Made by a program: the position numbers and the translations under genes
Source: an uncultured archaeon
Lineage (GTDB): Archaea; Thermoproteota; Nitrososphaeria; Nitrososphaerales; Gagatemarchaeaceae
Assembly: GCA_963817525.1 (NCBI GenBank)
Contig: CAWFOU010000007.1
Coordinates: 1,217,379-1,281,378 of the forward strand
Direction: 5' to 3'
DNA: 64,000 nucleotides
In this document: piece by piece, positions 58,529-64,000 of the stretch
Layout of the letters: every line of letters begins with the position of its first letter
How positions within the stretch are numbered: the stretch's first letter is position 1
The notes under the pieces: model-generated
The model's database searches: none
Told to the model about the DNA's origin: nothing
What the model saw: the letters and a program-made list of their open reading frames with translations, nothing else

Positions 58529-58600
58529 GACACGAAGGATCTTCTTGGCTTATAATGGCGGAAGCCGGCCTTCCCAAAATCGAAATGAAGGGAGCTATCC

Positions 58601-59656
58601 TTAGGCCGCGCCCAGGCCTACGACCGCGGGCAACTCTCTCAGAAAGGCGGGCTCGGGCTCGACATTCTCTAACTTGATTCCTCCGTACACCATGGTGAGG
58701 AGCCCTGCGTACTTCCTCATGTCACCGACCGTCTCTGTGGAGAGTATCAGGTCGGTCCTCCCTCCGGAGTAGACCAGCTCGAGCGTCCTCACGGTGCTCG
58801 CCGCAATGTGGTCCAAGGGCTGGACCGAGCTGTCCTCGACCGCCTTCTCCATCCTGGGTACCGCCACCAGTCTCAGCAGCTTTGACGAGATGGCATCGCC
58901 ATCATCATTTGGGCCCGTCTCTTTCTCCTCCACGCTTCCTTGGGCGAACCCCCGGGTCGACGTCCCGCCTCGCAAAGACCGGAGAGACTGAGCCAGCTCC
59001 CCGGCCGGCAAGTGGACGAACGACCGAAGCTCCTCCGGCGTCACGAGGAACGAAGGAGGCTCGAGCCTGGATCCGGTGTAGCGATCCAGGTACCAGGAAA
59101 CGTCAGCGACCATCCTCCTGTCGACGAGCTCGATCAGCATCCTCGGGTCGCGGTACTGGAAGACCGCGAGGCTGTCGTGGTCGTCGGCGCAGTGGTCGAA
59201 GGGGAGGTCGCTGGCCGAGCCCGAGGATTCTGCGTCGCTCACCCACATCCCCTGGATCGCCATGGTGATCGTGGGTTTCGTCACTATTTCGTCCACCTTC
59301 TTCATCCGCGAGTCGGCCCGCCTGTAGTAGTCCCGGTGGAGCTCCCTGCGGTCGCGCTCCTGCCCGCTGACCAGGTCAACCGAGGGCTGCTCAATCGCGA
59401 TTTTCGAGGCGTGAATCGAGTTCTTGAGCCTGACCAACGCGGCGCGGTAGTCGGACCTGATGAATAGGAACTGGATCCATGCGAATGCGGGGTTCGACGT
59501 CTCAAGAGCGCGGACGAGGTGGGCGACGAAGGCCTGCTTCTCCGGGTATGCCGGCGTGGACATCACGATGCCGTTCCTCAGAGAGACGTTGAAGAAACGA
59601 ACCTTTTTCGCCGACTTCTGCAGCAAGGAAGGCGGGCCGCTCGCCACGGAAGTCAT
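58601..59656 (-). CDS. conjugation-associated hypothetical protein
   Basis: GC3-biased ORF in an operon upstream of the VirD4-like gene. Confidence 0.7.
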   Translation of the reverse strand: MTSVASGPPSLLQKSAKKVRFFNVSLRNGIVMSTPAYPEKQAFVAHLVRALETSNPAFAWIQFLFIRSDYRAALVRLKNSIHASKIAIEQPSVDLVSGQERDRRELHRDYYRRADSRMKKVDEIVTKPTITMAIQGMWVSDAESSGSASDLPFDHCADDHDSLAVFQYRDPRMLIELVDRRMVADVSWYLDRYTGSRLEPPSFLVTPEELRSFVHLPAGELAQSLRSLRGGTSTRGFAQGSVEEKETGPNDDGDAISSKLLRLVAVPRMEKAVEDSSVQPLDHIAASTVRTLELVYSGGRTDLILSTETVGDMRKYAGLLTMVYGGIKLENVEPEPAFLRELPAVVGLGAA

Positions 59657-60174
59657 TTCACCCTCTCCTGATTCTCGAAATCGCTGGAGGGCGTCTCCCT
59701 CGCAGCTTGGGTGTCTGGTCGTTGGCTGGCCTTTTGCTCCAGCGACGATGTCTTGGGCAGGTGCCGTATCCTCGAGCCGAGCCGGGGATACCTTAGGACA
59801 TCAGTGTAGGGCTTTCTCGGAAGGGTCCCAAGGTATTGCATGGTCGCAGCAGCGAGAACGATGCCTGAGATTCCCTGGACGATGATTAGGTAGTACCATA
59901 GAAGAGGGAATAACCTGAGAGTCCACGAAAGGCTCACTCCCGCCGAGACTGAGAGATACGTGACGTAGGGAATGATTTCCTTCTTCCTGGTGGGCCTGCG
60001 CGCCCCTTTGTCAAGGATACCCAGGTAGTTCAGGACCGCCCACCAGTTCCCCAGGCTGCCGTCGTCCCTGACCGGATGGAGCAGCCTCGACATGTCATGC
60101 CTGTACAACAGTAATAGAAACCCAGCCCAGTAAGGCATCGGCAGGTACAGAAAGACGACCTCAGCGGGATTCAT
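59653..60174 (-). CDS. membrane protein
   Basis: Three hydrophobic segments; ATGA overlap with the next gene. Confidence 0.65.
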   Translation of the reverse strand: MNPAEVVFLYLPMPYWAGFLLLLYRHDMSRLLHPVRDDGSLGNWWAVLNYLGILDKGARRPTRKKEIIPYVTYLSVSAGVSLSWTLRLFPLLWYYLIIVQGISGIVLAAATMQYLGTLPRKPYTDVLRYPRLGSRIRHLPKTSSLEQKASQRPDTQAARETPSSDFENQERVK

Positions 60175-60211
60175 CCTTCCCTGTGAGGCCTTGGACTCTT
60201 AACCGCTGCCA

Positions 60212-60350
60212 ACGTTGACATCCGTGAAAGCGTCATGTTGACATGCCGCGCTTGATGTTGACATAATGGCGTCCGAAGATGCCGGATTGCCCTCCAATGT
60301 TGACATTTCACCCTGCCCCGATGTCAACATCCGTTCCCCGATGTCAACGT
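60212..60350. repeat. array of six ATGTTGACAT-type 10-mers (iteron/operator-like)
   Basis: Forward copies at 60212, 60235, 60255 and 60297; reverse copies at 60321 and 60341. Confidence 0.9.
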
Positions 60351-60963
60351 GCCCCAACCCGCGTTAAATACCAACAGAGCCTCAGAGGTCGTATTCTATC
60401 TTTCTCTCTGATTTCGGAAGGCATCTGAAGATTCGGCACTATCGTGTGCCATCGAACGTCTCAGTTTGCCAACCTCGGCAAGAGAAAACGGAATACACGA
60501 TGACGGCTCGTCCGACTTATCGAAATGAAGATGAGCGTAGTCTTTGGTTGACCGTTTTCCCATCCGGACGTAAGGATCCGGGCTAACGGCCATCCTCTGG
60601 GCATACGGTTGCCACATCCACCCAGACGGATGCGAAACAACTTCTCCCACATCGGCCTTCGGGAGAACGACGGAGGCGGAAGCCTCACCCCTGTTCCTTG
60701 ACCGGTCCGGGCCGCAGCCATATCCAAAGTTCCAAACCCACCATTGGGTCAGGACGTGCTGCGACCGGAGGACCGGCTAGAAAGATAGCATTGGGCAAAT
60801 TATTATCCGCCCATGCGCTCCTGAACGGGGACCAAGTGAGGCCTCTGCGCTTCGCCATTCCTTCCTGAATCTATCCGCGGCATCGAGTACGAGAAGCTGG
60901 AGCGCCAGCGCCGGTCGTAGAACCACCGGAAGCGCGCCAGGACTAGGGCAGGAGGAAGAAACA

Positions 60964-61962
60964 ATGCAAGGGGTTCAAGGATTTCTGACGAATGGACGGA
61001 CGAAGGTCGCCGCATACGAGGAATACAGCATTCTAGGCAGGTGCCCGGAGTGCAGGGCGGACCTCGTGAACGCGGGAGAGGAAGGAGGAGAGCTGGCCTG
61101 CTCCAACTGCGGGGTTGTGGTCGGGACATCGGCGAGTGTCGGGGACGACGGATCCACGGCGCCCTCTGTGAGCAAGAACGGGCCCCTCGGCTCGTACTTC
61201 TTGACACCAGGAGACGCCGGCCCGTCCCGGAGCGGACCCGCCTTCGGCCTGGCGAGGCTGAATCCGAACATCATCGGGCGGGGAGGGCCGCTGCAGGCCT
61301 GCACGGAGATGACCGACAGGATAGCCTCCAACTTGGAGCTGCCGAAGAGCGTCGCGCAGAGCGCCAACCTGGTCGCAAGGAGGCTCCTCCCCTGCAGGAA
61401 GGACATCGGCGCCACCATCCCGGCGATCTCGGCCTACTCCCTGCTCCACGCGTGCAGGTCGGCAGGGATATCCCACATCAGCCACAAGACCATCGTGGAG
61501 GCCTACAGCGACGCGGGCCTCAGAGTCTGCAGGTCAAAGCTGATGCGCATAGGCCTCGACTCTCCGGTGCCTCTGCCAAAAGCCAGCGTGGAGGAGCTCG
61601 TGAAGGCGGTCGTGGGAAAGCTCCAGTCCAACGAGGCCGTGGCTACACGCCTCAAGGAAAGGAACCTCGACCCGAAGGAGTACTTCACGAAGCTGCTGGA
61701 ACTCGCGAAGGAGGTGGCCAGCCAAGCGAGCGGCCTGAACGGGTTCAACCCCAGGACCATCGCGGCGGGGTCGGTCTACATAGCGTCGGTGGCCATCGCG
61801 GAGAAGAAGGCCTTCACCCAGCACGACGCCGGGGAGACGCTCGGGATGGCAGAATACACGGTGCGGGAGTTCTGCTGCAGGTCGAGGAACGAGATGGGGC
61901 TGAAGGTGGAAGCGCAGGTTAGGCTCGTTAAAAGCGGGCCTGACCTAGGAGGGCATGACTGA
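60964..61962 (+). CDS. tfb: transcription initiation factor IIB paralog (element-encoded, divergent)
   Basis: CPEC...CSNCGVV Zn ribbon, two cyclin repeats (LELPKSV, GFNPRTIAAGSVYIA) and C-terminal HTH TQHDAGETLGMAEYTVRE. Confidence 0.85.
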   Translation: MQGVQGFLTNGRTKVAAYEEYSILGRCPECRADLVNAGEEGGELACSNCGVVVGTSASVGDDGSTAPSVSKNGPLGSYFLTPGDAGPSRSGPAFGLARLNPNIIGRGGPLQACTEMTDRIASNLELPKSVAQSANLVARRLLPCRKDIGATIPAISAYSLLHACRSAGISHISHKTIVEAYSDAGLRVCRSKLMRIGLDSPVPLPKASVEELVKAVVGKLQSNEAVATRLKERNLDPKEYFTKLLELAKEVASQASGLNGFNPRTIAAGSVYIASVAIAEKKAFTQHDAGETLGMAEYTVREFCCRSRNEMGLKVEAQVRLVKSGPDLGGHD

Positions 61963-62458
61963 GGGTCGAGTGAGGCGGAGGCGAAGAAGAATGGAAACAC
62001 CATACTCGCGCATCAACGAGATCAAGGAGGCCTCGAGCCAGGAAGGGGCGAACGACCTGCTCAAGCAGGGCTTCATCCTCGTGAAGGTGATGGAGAGGTA
62101 CTCTTCCGACGCCGAGAAGCAGGCCACCAACATCGTCTACGTCCTCGGAAGGCAAAAGTCCAATGGCGGAAGCCGTGCCGCGCCTGAGCAGAACGGGCAC
62201 CCTCCAAACACCCTACCACCAGCCTCAACCACCGATTCCACGCTGCTCGAGAAGCTCCCCTGGAAGGAGTACACGAACGGAAGCGGGGAGTGGGCCTTCT
62301 ACATGGACAGGGACGGGGCGCTGCTCCCCGAGCTCGAAAGCATCAGGCAAGCCATCGAGAGGCTGAAGTCGGGGGAGGAGCTGACCGCGGGCAACTACAC
62401 CTACAGGATCAAGGACAAGTTCCTGAAGAGGCTCGAGGCCCGCGGAGCCCAGCGGTAG
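61955..62458 (+). CDS. hypothetical protein
   Basis: GC3-biased ORF overlapping the tfb stop, with an SD-like GGAGG. Confidence 0.7.
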   Translation: MTEGRVRRRRRRMETPYSRINEIKEASSQEGANDLLKQGFILVKVMERYSSDAEKQATNIVYVLGRQKSNGGSRAAPEQNGHPPNTLPPASTTDSTLLEKLPWKEYTNGSGEWAFYMDRDGALLPELESIRQAIERLKSGEELTAGNYTYRIKDKFLKRLEARGAQR

Positions 62459-62473
62459 AGGGAGGTGAGGTCC

Positions 62474-63441
62474 TTGGTGTCAGGCAACGAAGCGCTAGCG
62501 GAAGCTGTCCAACTGGCCAACGATGCGGTCGCAAAGGGCTCATCCCACGCACCCTGGAGAGAGCGCGCGAACGCCGAGCTCGAGAAGATAGTCCGGCTCT
62601 TCTCCTCGAAGGAGCTTCCAGACATGTGCGCGAAGGCCCTAATCAACAGACCCGCGGGAAGCCTTCCTCGAAGTGGTCGCTGGGAAACCAGCTGCTGATG
62701 CTCCTGGCGGGAACCTCGGACGCCCGGGGCTTTCGGCAGTGGAACGAGGTCGGAAGGTGGGTCGAGAGGGACAAGAAGGCGATCTGGATCCTGGGGCCTG
62801 TCAGGAAGAAGGTAAAGCAGGAGCCACTGAAGCAGGGCGAGCTGGAGGAGGGGTACAAGGATGTCCTCATAGGGTTCAGGGCCATTCCTGTGTTCCGGTA
62901 CGAGGACACGTCAGGCCAGGACCTGCCCGTCTACCAGCCCAGGAATCCCCCTCCGCTCATGGAAGTCGCCGAGAGGTTCGGGATGAGGGTCCAGTACGCC
63001 CGCCTGGGCCCAGGGATGTACGGCGCCACAGACCACACCAGCAAGACAATCGTCCTCGCCACCGAGGACCACGACGTCTTCTTCCATGAACTCGCGCACG
63101 CGATCCATCGAACCTTCGAGCCCAAGACCGGCCACGGGCAGGAGTCTGAGGCGGAGACCATCGCGCAGCTCGTGGCAGCGACGCTCGCCAGGCTCTACGG
63201 CAGGCCTGCGGACAGCTTCAGCTGGAGCTACATCTCCATGTACGCCCAGTCCAACAGCCCCCAGATGGTCGGGAGGCTCTGCATGCGCGTCCTCGACAGG
63301 ACGAAGAAAGTCCTGGACCTGATCTACCCCGACAGGCCCGACCCGCCTGCCGGGGCACCGCCCCCGGGTTCCGACCAACCGATGGGCGGTAACCCTTATC
63401 AGCACGGGACCGGCTCAGGAGGCCAAGGGCATGGAACCTAA
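62474..63441 (+). pseudogene. ardC: ArdC-like ssDNA-binding/zincin antirestriction protein with a 1-nt frameshift near 62658 (possibly an assembly error)
   Basis: SD GGAGGTGA. The N-terminal frame to ...INRPAG continues in another frame as KPSSKWSLGNQLL, GFRQW, AIWILGP, VF..DTSG and HELAH. Confidence 0.75.
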
Positions 63442-63607
63442 GCAGGAGGAGAAGAGGAAGCCGTCAAGGGCCGAACTCGAGAGGCTGGCCTCAAAGTTGA
63501 GTGAACAACTGCAGGGCAAGCTGAAGGATCACGTGGACGGAGACGCCGAGGAGTACCTCTTCAGGACGACGGAGAAGAAAAGGCCCGGTTCCCATGCGAG
63601 TCGTTGA
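63431..63607 (+). CDS. small putative antitoxin (58 aa)
   Basis: Manual translation MEPKQEEKRK...GDAEEYLFR...; overlaps both the ardC stop and the PIN gene start. Confidence 0.55.
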   Translation: MEPKQEEKRKPSRAELERLASKLSEQLQGKLKDHVDGDAEEYLFRTTEKKRPGSHASR

Positions 63608-63995
63608 CACCGTCGTCCTGATCGCTTTCGGGGACAGGAACGACCCCCACTTCAAGAAAGCGAACGAGCACGTCATAGAGATCGGCCTCAGTCAGGACGT
63701 CCTGGTGCCCTCGGCCACTCTCATGGAATTCGACCTGGAGCTGAAGTCGCATGGCGAGGGCAGCGAGTCGAGGGCCGGTATCCACTCGACGGTGGCCGGG
63801 CTGATCCCCCGGGGCAAAGTGCTGCCGCTGACTCCAGGCGTCCTTCGACGGGCTGCAGAGCTGTCCAAGACGGCCACTTGGAGAGGCTCCTACTTCGACA
63901 CCCTCATCGCAGCGACCGGCCTTGAGTTCGGCGCCGACTCGGCCATAACCACCGACCGGAAGTTCTCCAGGCCCGGGATCGAGCCGGTCTTCTGA
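63594..63995 (+). CDS. vapC: PIN-domain VapC toxin
   Basis: VVDTVVL, E, SYFDTLIAATG and ITTDRKF. Confidence 0.9.
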   Translation: MRVVDTVVLIAFGDRNDPHFKKANEHVIEIGLSQDVLVPSATLMEFDLELKSHGEGSESRAGIHSTVAGLIPRGKVLPLTPGVLRRAAELSKTATWRGSYFDTLIAATGLEFGADSAITTDRKFSRPGIEPVF

Positions 63996-64000
63996 CGCCG

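Larger units (their letters stand above)
2735..64000. mobile_element. composite genomic island starting at the tRNA-Arg 3' end; right boundary is outside the window
   Basis: Visible GC drop and loss of housekeeping genes right after the tRNA. Contains IS elements, defence genes, tRNA 3' scars and conjugation genes. Confidence 0.7.
38825..64000. mobile_element. integrative conjugative element-like backbone (type IV secretion/conjugation module)
   Basis: VirB4, VirD4, PrgI-like, pilin-like, VirB6-like, ParB-like, ArdC and VapBC genes in a higher-GC block. No integrase seen in the window. Confidence 0.75.

Noticed and set aside
57155-58555. 466-aa plus-strand ORF, and the similar long alternative ORFs 53940..55166, 56382..57326, 57558..58577 and 61041..61922
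   Set aside because: Shadow or alternative frames of GC3-rich genes with clear motifs; Arg/Gly/Pro-rich with no recognisable domains.
60212-60350. Possible mini-CRISPR array
   Set aside because: Repeats are only 10 bp, spacers are 10-32 bp and irregular, orientation flips, and no cas genes are present.

Overview
Archaeal DNA, most consistent with a GC-rich Nitrososphaerota/Thaumarchaeota-type genome (inferred from DGGGP synthase, tRNA splicing endonuclease, TFB and TATA-type promoters). The first 2.7 kb is core chromosome (UbiA-family prenyltransferase, endA, mtnA, tRNA-Arg(UCG)). Everything after the tRNA is a composite accessory island. About 2.7-35.7 kb holds defence-like genes: a GIY-YIG nuclease, a Ubl/E2-E1/DUF6527 operon, a membrane-tethered Schlafen/AlbA_2 protein and a complete BilABCD-type Ubl-E2-JAB-E1 operon. 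These are interleaved with repeated secreted-protein cassettes: G1 glutamic-peptidase-like proteins, a paralogous anchored-A/secreted-B pair and an ArsR-TM-A fusion. Four promoters in this region share a conserved TTACA-N-TGTAA-type box. The region also has an intact IS5-family element with TIRs and an 8-bp TSD, an IS66 remnant and two tRNA 3'-end scars. About 38.8-64 kb looks like an integrative conjugative element: VirB4, PrgI/VirB3-like, pilin-like, VirB6-like, a VirD4 coupling ATPase fused to a wHTH/PD-(D/E)XK putative relaxase, a ParB-like protein, two TFB-derived proteins, ArdC, VapBC and a phased six-copy ATGTTGACAT array. No integrase or CRISPR array is visible in the window. All family assignments are from motif recognition by eye; no database searches were run.
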